Assembly: GCA_038150265.1 (NCBI GenBank) | Contig: JAYOTF010000025.1 | Span: 1-50,033, forward strand | DNA from: Deltaproteobacteria bacterium | GTDB lineage: Bacteria > SAR324 > NAC60-12 | DNA: 50,033 nt | Direction of reading: 5' to 3' | In this document: piece after piece, positions 19,996-29,907 of the stretch | Layout: each line of letters starts with the position of its first letter | How positions within the stretch are numbered: position 1 is the first letter of the stretch | Translations under genes and position numbers: made by a program | The notes under the pieces: generated by a model | The model's database searches: none | What the model was told of the DNA's origin: nothing | The model's input: only the letters and a program-made list of their open reading frames with translations

Positions 19996-21930
19996 CTAAC
20001 GCATCGAAGCTAGGGTGGTGTCCCACTCTCGGTCAAAAGCGGGCAGCATCACCGGAAACAGGGCCGGGTCTTCCAGCAAAAAGCTCGGGGTCGCCGTCAA
20101 CGGGTCTGATTCAGCATGATAGCGCCTCAGCGCCTCTTGGGCGAGCGCAACTTCATCAAGGGCGCGATACGCCCGGGTCAGGCGGTCCAGCAGCAGCAGC
20201 CGGAGCGGTCCCTGCGGACGCTGGCGAGCAAAGGAAATTTCCAGGAGGCTCCGGAGTTCCTGCCACTTCCCGGTGCTGGCGTAAGAGTCACTCAGGCCCT
20301 CCACCAGGTACAGGTTGAGCGGAAAGCGGTCCAGCCCGGTTCGCAGCACCTTCTGCGCCTGCTCCTCTTCCCCCTGGTACCGGAAGAGGTCCCCCAGCAA
20401 GCGATGCGCGTAGCCGAGCGATTCCGGACGGTCCAGGAAGGGCTGGATGTACTGCTCGGCCTCGCGGCTTCGCTCCAGGCGCGTCAGGACCAGCGCGTGC
20501 AGGTAGAGGATTTCCCAGCTGTCCGGACGCTCGCTCCGCAGCGTTTCGGTCAGGGGCAGAGCCAGCGCAGGCTTGCCTTGCAGGTAATAAACGCGGGCCA
20601 GCTCGAACCGCAACAGCTCCGAGTCATCGCCCTGAAGGGCCTGCTGCAAGAAGGTCTGGGCCTCTGCAAACTGTCCCTGGGCTTCATGCCAGAGGGCCTG
20701 AAGGTGGAGGAGTTCCACCTGCAGCGGGTTCTGCTCCCGGAGGGCCTGGAGACGAGAGCCAACGGCGGCCAGCTGTCCCTGCATGAGCTGTCGTTGCAGC
20801 CGAAGCACCTGGGCCGACAAGTTGTTTGGCTCCAGCCGCAGGGCCTGATTCAAGGCCAGATCGCCCTGGAGGAAGTCGCCCAGCCGGAACAGCAAGGCCG
20901 CCTTGAGGAAGTGGGCTCGCGTCATGGACGAGTCCACCTCCAGCACCCGCCGGAGCCACTCCAGGGCCTCCCGGAGCTGACCACGCCGGAGCTTCAGGAC
21001 CGCATGGGCCATCAGCACATCGACATTCGCCGGAGCAGCCTGAAGCATGTCGCTCAGCAGGGGCTCCACCGAGTCCACCTGCCCGAGTTGCAGCAGCACG
21101 AGCGCCTGCAGCACCCGCTCTTCCAGTTCCAGCGGGCGGCGCTGTTCCATTTCGTCCAGCAGGTTCAGGGCCTCGGGCCAGCGCTGTCGCAAGAACTCCA
21201 GGTGCAGCAGCATCCGGGGCACCTCACGGCTGTCCGGGTGGCTGTTGCGCAACTCCAGCGCCAGGGTCTGTGCGTAGTAGTAACTGCCCTGCGCCATGTA
21301 AATCCGGATGCGCAGGAGCTTGGCTTCATAGTTGCCGGGCTCCAGCAACAGCAACGAGCTGACTGCGCGCTTGGCCCCTTCGTAGTCGCTCTGCTTGAGC
21401 TGCAACCGGGCCAGCAGAAAGAGCGCCTCCACGTACTGCGGCTCACGCTGCAGGGCCTCTTCCAGCGACGCAATGCCGAGGCTGTAGTCCCGGACCTGCT
21501 CATAGGCGGTGGCCAGCTTGAGGTACACGGAGATGCGTTCCGGATCCAGACGCTGGGCGTTCGAGAACTCCTTGATCGCCTCCGGATACTGCCGACGCGC
21601 CAGGGCCAGGCTTCCCCGCAGCTCCGCATAGTCCGGATTGAGCGGATCCAGCCGTGAAGCCTGACGCACGGCCCGCTCCGACGCGTCGTAGTCCTGCTTG
21701 AGGTAAAAGACCCGGGCCAGGTTGAAGTGGGCGTCTGCGTTTTCCGGATCCGCTTCCAGGGTCGCTTTTTGTTCGCGAATGAAGCGATCCTGCTCAGAAG
21801 CCTGGGTGGGCGGCTCCGGCAAACCGGAGGAGGTGGAGCATCCTGCCAGCAGCAGGACCGCCAGCAAGAGGGCGCAGAGGCGTGACAAGGCTAGAGGCTT
21901 GAGGGAAACAGGTTCATGGCCTGCAACCAC
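19996..21930 (-). CDS. Tetratricopeptide-repeat lipoprotein
   Basis: Lipobox LLLAGC followed by many TPR units (DPENADAHFNLARVFY, EPQYVEALFLLARL); start uncertain. Confidence 0.85.
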   Translation of the reverse strand: MVAGHEPVSLKPLALSRLCALLLAVLLLAGCSTSSGLPEPPTQASEQDRFIREQKATLEADPENADAHFNLARVFYLKQDYDASERAVRQASRLDPLNPDYAELRGSLALARRQYPEAIKEFSNAQRLDPERISVYLKLATAYEQVRDYSLGIASLEEALQREPQYVEALFLLARLQLKQSDYEGAKRAVSSLLLLEPGNYEAKLLRIRIYMAQGSYYYAQTLALELRNSHPDSREVPRMLLHLEFLRQRWPEALNLLDEMEQRRPLELEERVLQALVLLQLGQVDSVEPLLSDMLQAAPANVDVLMAHAVLKLRRGQLREALEWLRRVLEVDSSMTRAHFLKAALLFRLGDFLQGDLALNQALRLEPNNLSAQVLRLQRQLMQGQLAAVGSRLQALREQNPLQVELLHLQALWHEAQGQFAEAQTFLQQALQGDDSELLRFELARVYYLQGKPALALPLTETLRSERPDSWEILYLHALVLTRLERSREAEQYIQPFLDRPESLGYAHRLLGDLFRYQGEEEQAQKVLRTGLDRFPLNLYLVEGLSDSYASTGKWQELRSLLEISFARQRPQGPLRLLLLDRLTRAYRALDEVALAQEALRRYHAESDPLTATPSFLLEDPALFPVMLPAFDREWDTTLASMR

Positions 21931-22895
21931 CAGCTTGGGTAAGCTGCCGGCAGGGCCTGTGACACGGTCGGAGACGCTGAGCTTTCATTGCCAAAACGGT
22001 CCACCAGCACGTGTGTAAAATTGTAAGTATCTTGAGGAATCACTTTTATATCAATATAAAACGCACCCCGCTTGGGGGAAACCCCCGGACGCACCTCGGA
22101 GGTCCCGGCGCTCGGATCGACCTGGACTGCGGGTCGGGGGCGGCGATAGACCCAGTAACGCGACTCCAGCGGGGCCGGGTTGAGCGGTTTGGCGGCCAGG
22201 GTTCCGGAAGCCTCCACCGGGTAGACGTTCACTCGGTACGCCGTCGATTCCTTCCACAGCAGTCCATTTTCATCGGCAACCGTCCCCTGAAACTCCAGGG
22301 GGCGATCCCAGCTGAGGCGCACCAGGTCGGTGCGGCGGGTCAGGGTCCCTTCTTCCGGGCGATCCACCGGCCAGCCGGCTTCTTCCGCCACGGTCAAGAT
22401 CAGGGACACCTCGCCCTGAGGCAGGGTCCGCTCTTCTTCCACTCCAATCACTTGGGTCCGCATGGGCTGCGGAGACGGAAAGAAGGGCCGCTCGGTCCAC
22501 TTCACCACGACCGGTGCTTCCAGTGCCTCGTTGTCTTCCAGCACCGTCAGCTGAACTTCGACCATCGGCGCGACCGGAGGAGGCAGCGGAACCCGCACCT
22601 CATTTTGTCCCAACCGGAGTTCGTCCTGCAAGAGGAGTTCCTCCTGAAGCCGCGGTTGACAGTCCAGACAGAGGGGCTCCTTGAGGAAAACCTGTAGCTG
22701 CAGCGTGTCCGGACGCTGCTGCGACCGCCACGACACGCTCAGTTCTTCCCCACGCTGCAGCACCAGTGGATTCTGAACATAGGGCTGCTGCTCACTCGCG
22801 GCAATCGGCTCCGGAGCCGTCTTCAGGCCACACCCGGCAAGTAGCCAGACCCCCGCAAGCAGGACCCAGAGGCGCGCTTGCTTCTCAGTAGCCAC
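21891..22895 (-). CDS. Lipoprotein, function unknown
   Basis: Lipobox LLAGC.G.K..P; beta-rich body ending VDRFGNES..S (FN3-like end motif). Confidence 0.7.
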   Translation of the reverse strand: MATEKQARLWVLLAGVWLLAGCGLKTAPEPIAASEQQPYVQNPLVLQRGEELSVSWRSQQRPDTLQLQVFLKEPLCLDCQPRLQEELLLQDELRLGQNEVRVPLPPPVAPMVEVQLTVLEDNEALEAPVVVKWTERPFFPSPQPMRTQVIGVEEERTLPQGEVSLILTVAEEAGWPVDRPEEGTLTRRTDLVRLSWDRPLEFQGTVADENGLLWKESTAYRVNVYPVEASGTLAAKPLNPAPLESRYWVYRRPRPAVQVDPSAGTSEVRPGVSPKRGAFYIDIKVIPQDTYNFTHVLVDRFGNESSASPTVSQALPAAYPSWWLQAMNLFPSSL

Positions 22896-23817
22896 GGGAG
22901 CGATCGATCTGATTCAGCAGCGGCTGCCCAGAAGCCGCCCGCCGGTAATTTTCAATCAGTTGCGGCAACACCGACTCCGGAGGCGTGACACTCGAAATGT
23001 GAGGCGTGAGGCGAATGCGGGGCTCGTTCCGGAAGGGGTGGTCTTCAGGCAGTGGCTCTTCCTGAAACACGTCCAGGCACGCTCCAGACAGGTACCCCGA
23101 CTGCACCAACTCCAGCAGGTCGGCTTCCACCACCGTCTGCCCCCGCCCGGCATTGATGAAGTAGGCTCCAGGTTTCATCTGCCCCAAAACGGTCCGGTCA
23201 ATGCGGTTCCGAGTCTCCTCGGTCAGCGGCAGGAGGCTGATCACGTAGTCTGCTTCTCGCAACAGGTTCGGGAGTCCGGAAGCGCCAATGTGCAACCGGA
23301 GGTTGGGAAGGGGGCTCTCTCGGGGGCTCCGGGCCCACCCCGCGACCTCAAAGCCGAGCTGCTGAAATCCCTGAGCCACGGCGGTTCCCAGGTGTCCCAG
23401 CCCCAAAATGCCAACCTGATTTCCGGAAAGCGTCAGGCTGATGCCCCAGCCGGCGCCATCCGGATGCGCTGCATACTCCAGCCACCGGCGCTTGTGCGAC
23501 AAGACGGCCAGCAGCATGTACTCGGTCATGCGCCGCGCCATCTCCTGGTCGACAATCCGGGCAATGGGCAGCCCCTGAGGAATGTCCGTGTCACGCAGGA
23601 GGCTGTCCACTCCGGCTCCAAGCGACGTCAGGCCACGCAGGTTGGGGAACTGATGCCAGTAGCCGTTGGGCGGATCCCAGCCGGCGGCAAAGACCACCGC
23701 TTGCGGATCTCCGGCTTCATGACTGAAGCGGACCGGAATCTCCGGAGCCGCCTGGGCGAGCAGGTGACGGTAGCGCTCGGGCTCAAAGCTTTCCGGCGCC
23801 TGAATCAGGAAGGTCAT
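22885..23817 (-). CDS. ghrA: Glyoxylate/hydroxypyruvate reductase A-like D-2-hydroxyacid dehydrogenase
   Basis: GAGVD, GILGLG.LG, LLPLT.ET, INAGRG, LDVF.EEPLP..HP, TPHI. Confidence 0.88.
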   Translation of the reverse strand: MTFLIQAPESFEPERYRHLLAQAAPEIPVRFSHEAGDPQAVVFAAGWDPPNGYWHQFPNLRGLTSLGAGVDSLLRDTDIPQGLPIARIVDQEMARRMTEYMLLAVLSHKRRWLEYAAHPDGAGWGISLTLSGNQVGILGLGHLGTAVAQGFQQLGFEVAGWARSPRESPLPNLRLHIGASGLPNLLREADYVISLLPLTEETRNRIDRTVLGQMKPGAYFINAGRGQTVVEADLLELVQSGYLSGACLDVFQEEPLPEDHPFRNEPRIRLTPHISSVTPPESVLPQLIENYRRAASGQPLLNQIDRSRGY

Positions 23818-24299
23818 GGGCGAAGAAGATTGAGGGAGTAAACGGCGTCAGACGTGTGGACAAAGCCGAACCGTTCATACACGTGACGCGCGGGGTTGGA
23901 GGCATAGACGTGCAAATCCACCCGGGCACACTGCAGCTCCTGCGCCCGCTGACGCACCTGCTCCAGGAGCTTCCGGGAGATCCCGCGGTTCCGGAAGGGA
24001 GGCTCCACAAACAGGTTGTCCAGGTGCAGGCACACCTGGGCCTTGAAGGTGGAGTACGTCTGAAAAAAAGTTGCCATTCCCACCGCCTGCCCCTGCACCT
24101 CGGCAAGCCACGACTCGTAACGGGCTTCCGGACCAAAGCCATCGCGGGCGACATCTGCCGGAGTGGCCCGGAAGTCGGTTTCGGGACCGTGGTGAGCAGC
24201 CAGCGCCTTCAGCATGCGGTGCAGGTCCGCGGCATCGTCAGGGGTTGCCTGCCGGAGCGTCACTTCCAGCGGTTCACCGGTTCCCAGTGGGCTCAGCAT
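23814..24299 (-). CDS. GNAT-family N-acetyltransferase
   Basis: LRQATP.D, L.NLFV.P.FR.RGI...LL, NPA...YERFGF. Confidence 0.88.
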   Translation of the reverse strand: MLSPLGTGEPLEVTLRQATPDDAADLHRMLKALAAHHGPETDFRATPADVARDGFGPEARYESWLAEVQGQAVGMATFFQTYSTFKAQVCLHLDNLFVEPPFRNRGISRKLLEQVRQRAQELQCARVDLHVYASNPARHVYERFGFVHTSDAVYSLNLLRP

Positions 24300-24320
24300 G
24301 GTTTCTTTCGGAGCAGGGCT

Positions 24321-27300
24321 TCAGGCCGCATGAGCATAACGGCGTCCGGAGGCGGGGGCGCTTCGGGGACGGGGCGGGTAGCGGAACAGCAGTTGGCGAG
24401 AGGGAAGCAGCTCTTCCAGCTCCAGGGTCAGTGCCGGCGCAAACTGAACGGTGTCCTCGACCTCCACCTTGACCGAGACTCCGGGTTCGGCATGCACCAG
24501 GAAGTCCAGCGGGCGGTCTCCGGGGTACTTCTTGAGGATGTTCCGGAGCAGGCGCAGTTGGTCTTCTCCAAGCGAGTCGGGGTTCAGCTCCAGAGTCAGG
24601 CCCTCTGCTTCGTGCTGGCGCACATCTCGGAGGCGCTGAATTTTGTCCGGAATGAGCGTGACCTCATCGTCGCGCTGCACCACCCGTCCCTGAATCAGCA
24701 ACGGTCCGTCTTCTTCCAGCACGTCGGCACATTCGTTGTAGGTCCGGGCATAGATGGGAAATTCCAGGGTGCCACGCAGGTCTTCGATGCGGACGATGGC
24801 AAACTTTTCAGAGTCCTTGTTGAGCCGAACGGTTTTGTCCACCACCACGCCCACCAGTGCGGCATATTCGTCCGTGAAGGTGCCATCGAGCAGCTCGGCA
24901 GTTGTGGTGGCCAGCTGCTTGGCTTCGGCCAGGTAACGGTCCAGCGGGTGTCCGGACACATAAAAGCCGAGGGCTTCCTTTTCCTGCTGCAGCCGCTCCT
25001 CGGTGGACCAGTCACGCATCTCCGGAAACTCCAGCCGCGTTTCGGTGGCCCGGGCGTCGGACTCATCCATCAACTCAAACAGCGACACCTGGTTGGCATC
25101 CTGGTCGCGCTGAAATTCCTGAGCCAGGTGCATGGCATCATCGAGCGACTCAAACAGCTGCGCCCGGTTGGCATGCAGGGAGTCGAAGGCCCCACACTTG
25201 ACCAGCGTTTCCAGCATCCGCTTGTTGAGGCGCCCCAGGTCCACAGCCTTGAGAAACTCCATGAAGTCCGTCAGCGTGCCCTGCTCCCGAACCTCGAGGA
25301 TGGCGTCCACGGCATGGCCGCCCACATTCTTGACGGCATTGAGGCCAAAGCGGACCGCCAAAATCCGGGCCTCGCGTCCCAGCCACTCGGTCATGCCCTC
25401 GGGAAGCGGGTGCACGCCCTGGCGCTCCAGTTCCCGCAGGAAGGCGCTTTCGTGCTCAAACTCCTTTTCCCGGAGAACCTGCAGGGCTCGCTTGAGCGTC
25501 TCCCGAACACCGTCCTCCAGTCCCGACCAGTCTCGGTCGAAGTGCACCAGCGTCCGACGCGTGATGCGGTACCCGAGTGGCGAAACCGTGAAGGCCTTCC
25601 CGCTGTAGTTGACATCTGGTGGCAGGACGGGCACCCCCATTTCCTTGCACTCGCCAATGAAGTTCACCACCTTGTCCGGCGACCCCATTGCGCCGTTGAG
25701 CAGCGCCGCCATGAACTCGACGGGGTAATGCGCCTTGAGGTAGGCCGTCTGGTACGAAATCAGACCGTACGCCACCGTGTGGGACTTGTTGAACCCGTAT
25801 CCGGAGAAGTAGTCGATGAGGTCAAAGATCTCGTTGGCCTTCTCCTCCGGGGTGGTCTGGGCGGGGCACTTGGACACGAACTCCGGATTCGCCACGCAGC
25901 CGTCCACAAACTTGGTCCGTTGCTCCACCATCACCTCGGCAATCTTCTTGCCGATGGCCCGCCGGAGCAAGTCCGCCTGTCCCAGGCTGAACCCGGCCAG
26001 CACCTGCACCCCCTGCATGATCTGCTCCTGGTACACCATCACCCCATAGGTTTCCTTGAGGATCGGTTCCATCAGCGGATGCGGGTAAACCACCTTCTTG
26101 CGCCCGTGCTTGCACTGCACAAAATCATCGACCATGCCCGACCCCAACGGCCCCGGACGGTAGAGGGCAAGGATCGCCACAATGTCCTCAAAGCAACTGG
26201 GGCGCATGTCTGCCAGCAGCTTCTTCATGCCTGAAGATTCCACCTGAAAGACCCCGGTCGTATCGGCCTTGCAGAGCAGCTCAAAGGCCAGCGGATCCTC
26301 CATGGAGATCCGGTCGAGGTCGAGCTGCTGCGACTCCGGACGCCCCGCATTGATGAGTTCCAGGGATTGGTCGATGTTGGAAAGGTTCAGGAGCCCGAGG
26401 AAGTCGAACTTGACGGCGCCCTGATCCTCGGCCCACTTCATGGTGTACTGCGACTGCAACTCGCCCTCGCGTCCGGTACACACCGGCATCACCTCCCGGA
26501 TGTCCTGATCCATGATGATCACGCCGGCCGCATGGGTGCCGAGGTGGGTGTTCAGGTTTTCCAGCTTGAGGCTGAGGTCGATGAGTCGCTGCTCGTTTTC
26601 CGAGCCTTCTCGTGCCAGACGCGCCAGTTCGGGTTCCTTCTTGAGGGCGTCTTCCAGCGCAATGTTGAGTTCATTCGGCACCAGCTTGGCGATCTTGTCG
26701 GCTTCGGAATACGGGAAGTCCAGCACCCGAGCCACCCCCCGGACCACGGCCTTGGCCTTGAGCGAGCCGAAGGTGGCAATCTGGCACACGTTCTGGTCGC
26801 CGTAGCGTTCCCGAACGTAGTCGATGACGCTGTCGCGGCCTTCCACATCAAAGTCGATGTCGAAGTCCGGCATCGAAATCCGATCCGGGTTGAGGAAGCG
26901 CTCAAAGAGGAGTCCGTACCGCAGCGGGTCCACATCGGTGATCCGGAGCGAATACGCCACCAGCGAGCCTGCACCCGAGCCCCGCCCTGGTCCCACCGAC
27001 ACGCCATGGTCCTTGGCCCAGTTGATGAAGTCCGCAACAATCAGGAAGTACCCCGGAAACTTCATGGAGATGATGATCCCCAGCTCAAACTTCAGGCGCT
27101 CCTCATACGGTTTCCGGAAGGCTTCAAACGGCTCCTCAGGGGCATAAAGCTCATAGAGCAGCTCCAGGCGCTTCTCCAGGCCGTCCTGAGCCTCCTTCTC
27201 AAGCCACGAGTCGAGGGTGAATTCGGGGGGGATGGTAAAATTTGGCAGGAAGTACTGCTTGTTGGTCAGGTCCACCTCACACCGCTCCGCAATGAGCTGG

Positions 27301-28091
27301 GTGTTGGCGAGGGCCGCTTCCGGAAGCCCAGCCAGGGCTTCACGCATCTCGGCCTCTGTCCGCAGGAAGCGCTCCGGAGGAAGCTGAGGCGGGACATCCG
27401 AGTCGGTCACCCGGCGCTGCTCTCCCATCAGCCAGAGGATGTACTGCGCCTCGGCTTCATCAGGGGTGAGGTAAAAGCAGTCGTTGGTTCCAAGCAGCGG
27501 CAGGTTCAGGTCCTGAGCCAAGCGGACGATCTGGGCGTTCAGCTCAGGCTGCTCCGGACGTCCCGTGTTCTGCACCTCAAGGTAGAATCGCCCCTCATAA
27601 AGCCCCTGGTACCACTCCGCCAGCTTCCGGGCGTCCTCAATGCGGCCATTCAGCAGGCGCTGTCCGATTTCACTCTCAAGGCTGCCACTGAACGCAATGA
27701 GCCCCCTGGCGTGCTGCTCCAGCAGCTCGTGATCGAGGTGCGGGTGCCCCTTGAGCTTGCCCTGGGTGAAGCCGAGGCTGGCCAGGTAGGTCAGGCTCTG
27801 GTAGCCCTCTCGGTTTTCGCAAAGCAGGTTGAGGCTGTAGCTGGAAACCTTGGGAGAGTCCTGATGATCTGCGAGGCGTCCTTCCACCACCGATGCCCCC
27901 AGGCCAATGATGGGCTTGAGCCCGGCCCCCCGGAGCGCGTGATGAAACTCGACGGCGCCGTACATGTTGCCGTGGTCCGTGATCGCACAGGCCTGAAAGT
28001 CACGCTCCTGAAGCGCCTTGACCAGCTTCTTGACGCGGATCGCGCCCTCAAGCAGAGAGTATTGGGTGTGCAGGTGAAGGTGGGTGAACAT
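24321..28091 (-). CDS. dnaE: DNA polymerase III alpha subunit
   Basis: HLHLHTQYSLL, GPGRGSGAGS, FERFLNP.R.SMPDFDIDF, HAAG, KFDFLGL, YGFNKSH, LGFYVSGHP; ATG at 28091. Confidence 0.98.
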   Translation of the reverse strand: MFTHLHLHTQYSLLEGAIRVKKLVKALQERDFQACAITDHGNMYGAVEFHHALRGAGLKPIIGLGASVVEGRLADHQDSPKVSSYSLNLLCENREGYQSLTYLASLGFTQGKLKGHPHLDHELLEQHARGLIAFSGSLESEIGQRLLNGRIEDARKLAEWYQGLYEGRFYLEVQNTGRPEQPELNAQIVRLAQDLNLPLLGTNDCFYLTPDEAEAQYILWLMGEQRRVTDSDVPPQLPPERFLRTEAEMREALAGLPEAALANTQLIAERCEVDLTNKQYFLPNFTIPPEFTLDSWLEKEAQDGLEKRLELLYELYAPEEPFEAFRKPYEERLKFELGIIISMKFPGYFLIVADFINWAKDHGVSVGPGRGSGAGSLVAYSLRITDVDPLRYGLLFERFLNPDRISMPDFDIDFDVEGRDSVIDYVRERYGDQNVCQIATFGSLKAKAVVRGVARVLDFPYSEADKIAKLVPNELNIALEDALKKEPELARLAREGSENEQRLIDLSLKLENLNTHLGTHAAGVIIMDQDIREVMPVCTGREGELQSQYTMKWAEDQGAVKFDFLGLLNLSNIDQSLELINAGRPESQQLDLDRISMEDPLAFELLCKADTTGVFQVESSGMKKLLADMRPSCFEDIVAILALYRPGPLGSGMVDDFVQCKHGRKKVVYPHPLMEPILKETYGVMVYQEQIMQGVQVLAGFSLGQADLLRRAIGKKIAEVMVEQRTKFVDGCVANPEFVSKCPAQTTPEEKANEIFDLIDYFSGYGFNKSHTVAYGLISYQTAYLKAHYPVEFMAALLNGAMGSPDKVVNFIGECKEMGVPVLPPDVNYSGKAFTVSPLGYRITRRTLVHFDRDWSGLEDGVRETLKRALQVLREKEFEHESAFLRELERQGVHPLPEGMTEWLGREARILAVRFGLNAVKNVGGHAVDAILEVREQGTLTDFMEFLKAVDLGRLNKRMLETLVKCGAFDSLHANRAQLFESLDDAMHLAQEFQRDQDANQVSLFELMDESDARATETRLEFPEMRDWSTEERLQQEKEALGFYVSGHPLDRYLAEAKQLATTTAELLDGTFTDEYAALVGVVVDKTVRLNKDSEKFAIVRIEDLRGTLEFPIYARTYNECADVLEEDGPLLIQGRVVQRDDEVTLIPDKIQRLRDVRQHEAEGLTLELNPDSLGEDQLRLLRNILKKYPGDRPLDFLVHAEPGVSVKVEVEDTVQFAPALTLELEELLPSRQLLFRYPPRPRSAPASGRRYAHAA

Positions 28092-28149
28092 GCGTTTCGT
28101 CGGTTCCAGTTTTTGGAACCGATCATTATGGCAGAATCCGAGACCTGAG

Positions 28150-28782
28150 TCACGAGGGTTTCTTGGCCGCCGCGACCGCTGGGGATCGGCGCTTGAGCTG
28201 ACGCCGCTGCCAGAACTCGTAGCCGCGGAGGCCTTCCAGAAACGCCAGTGGCAGGAAGAGCAGCAGCGGTTCCACCGGAGAGTGCTTTTCCTTGAGCACC
28301 ATGTGCCAGAACACCAGCACGGCAGCCAGGTAGATCGTCCGGTGCCCCCACTTCCAGCGCTTGCCGCCAAGCTTCCGGACCGCCCAGTTGCTGCTGGTGA
28401 GCGCAAGCCCAAGCAGGATCAGGAAGCCTCCGGCGCCAACGGCAATGAACAGCCGGCCCAGGTCTTCCCAAACCACCCCCCAGTCGAAGCGGTCCAGCAG
28501 GTACACCCCTCCATGCAGGAAGGCGTAGGCAAAGCACCCCAGCCCCAGCGCCCGCTTGTGTCCGGAAAGCCGCTTCAGCACCACCGCCTGCGGAAAGAAG
28601 ACCCGCAGCGGACTGATCAGCAGCGTGATCCACAGCAGGTAGGTGGCCACCTCCCCAGTGTTCAGCAGCAGGTACTCCACCGGGTTCGCCTTGGGCGGTC
28701 CCCAAGCCAGGGTTCCGCCCCACCACAGCACCGGCAGCAGCATCCCCAGCAGCAAGAGGGGAAACAGCGCCCTCAGTACCAC
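28150..28782 (-). CDS. msrQ: Heme-binding membrane subunit MsrQ
   Basis: NPVE...TG, TL.ISPL, R.LGL..F.YA.LH, LALTS..WAVRKLG..WK..H..IY; GTG start overlaps the msrP end. Confidence 0.88.
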   Translation of the reverse strand: MVLRALFPLLLLGMLLPVLWWGGTLAWGPPKANPVEYLLLNTGEVATYLLWITLLISPLRVFFPQAVVLKRLSGHKRALGLGCFAYAFLHGGVYLLDRFDWGVVWEDLGRLFIAVGAGGFLILLGLALTSSNWAVRKLGGKRWKWGHRTIYLAAVLVFWHMVLKEKHSPVEPLLLFLPLAFLEGLRGYEFWQRRQLKRRSPAVAAAKKPS

Positions 28783-29726
28783 CGACGCAGGTCCATGCCC
28801 TGGTACAGCCCGGCCACCTCCGGCTCGTAGCCGTTGAACATCAGGGTCGGAATTTTCTTGAACCACGTTCCTGCCGGACGTTCCTGCGCCTGCGACCAGC
28901 GCGGATGCGACACCTGCGGGTTGACGTTCGCGTAAAAGCCATACTCCCGCGGCGCCATCGTGTTCCACAGGGTCTCCGGCATGTCCTTGACGAACTCCAT
29001 CCGGACAATCGACTTGATGCTCTTGAAGCCATACTTCCATGGCACCATGAGCCGCAGCGGCGCGCCGTTCTGGTTGGGCAACGGCTTGCCATACACGCCG
29101 GTGACCATCAGCGACAGGTCATGCTGCGCCTCGTCCAGCCGCAAGCCTTCCTGATACGGCCAGGGGTAGTAGCTGCTGCTGAATCCCGGAGCCTGCTGGG
29201 GGTCCATGAAGGAGACGAACCGGACGTACCGGGCTTCCGGAAGCGGGTCTGCCTTGGCCACCAGCTTCGCCAGCGGAAAGCCGTCCCACGGGACCACCAT
29301 CGACCAGGCCTCGACGCAGCGGAACCGGTAGATGCGCTGCTCGATGCCCAACTCCCGGACCAGGTCATTGACGTCCACCTCAAAGGGCTCCCGGACCAGC
29401 CCATCCACCTTCAGCGTCCAGGGCTCGGTCTTCCACCCCTTGGCCAGGTCGGCCACGTCTTCCTTGTCGGTGGTGAATTCGTAGAAGTTGTTGTAGCCCG
29501 TGACCAGGGCTTCTTCCGTCAGGCCCCCAAAGTCGTTGGCATACTGAGGATTGAGCGCCGTCGGAAACCCGGCGGTGGCCGCCTCTGTCACCGTTCCTCC
29601 GCCTGCCAGCGCCAGCAGCGAGACTCCGGAGGCCTTGAGAAACTGACGGCGGTTCCAAAACACATCTTCCGAGGTGACTTCCGACTCCGGAAGCTCCCAG
29701 CGTTTGGGCACTTTGATCATCGTCAT
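28773..29726 (-). CDS. msrP: Periplasmic methionine sulfoxide reductase molybdo-subunit MsrP
   Basis: Tat motif RRQFLK, YNNFYEF, YRFRCVEAWSM, QNGAPLRL..PWKYGFKSIKSIV, HPRWSQA. Confidence 0.96.
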   Translation of the reverse strand: MTMIKVPKRWELPESEVTSEDVFWNRRQFLKASGVSLLALAGGGTVTEAATAGFPTALNPQYANDFGGLTEEALVTGYNNFYEFTTDKEDVADLAKGWKTEPWTLKVDGLVREPFEVDVNDLVRELGIEQRIYRFRCVEAWSMVVPWDGFPLAKLVAKADPLPEARYVRFVSFMDPQQAPGFSSSYYPWPYQEGLRLDEAQHDLSLMVTGVYGKPLPNQNGAPLRLMVPWKYGFKSIKSIVRMEFVKDMPETLWNTMAPREYGFYANVNPQVSHPRWSQAQERPAGTWFKKIPTLMFNGYEPEVAGLYQGMDLRRWY

Positions 29727-29907
29727 GGCAGATCCTGCAGAGGTGGAGAAGGATGAGTTCTCCAACAACCTAGTCTGAGCGTCCGGGTTTCGCAAGCATC
29801 GGCTCCGGGACTCGGCAAAACGCTTTTCTTTCACTCGGCAACGTGGCATCAATTGGAGAGCGTTCCTCCGGAGGTCCGGATTTCCATTTGCTCAACCAGA
29901 CACCCCC

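Noticed and set aside
22040..22068. Possible dif site (minus strand GGTGCGTTTTA...)
   Set aside because: Only the XerC-like arm partly matches. The normally better conserved XerD arm TTATGTTAAAT is absent, and the site is inside a CDS.
25362..25583. Intein in DnaE
   Set aside because: No C-terminal His-Asn followed by Cys/Ser/Thr, no endonuclease motifs, and too short.
23856..26234. Long antisense ORFs (792 aa here; also 40649-42295, 33776-35563, 26367-28148, 9055-10515, 16878-18497)
   Set aside because: Shadow frames opposite well-recognised genes in GC-rich, codon-biased DNA; no recognisable motifs.
29891..29901. CTCAACCAGAC shared with 40272-40282 and similar to the 1583/1603 repeats
   Set aside because: One or two 11-mer matches are expected by chance, and a near-identical word occurs inside ftsH coding sequence.
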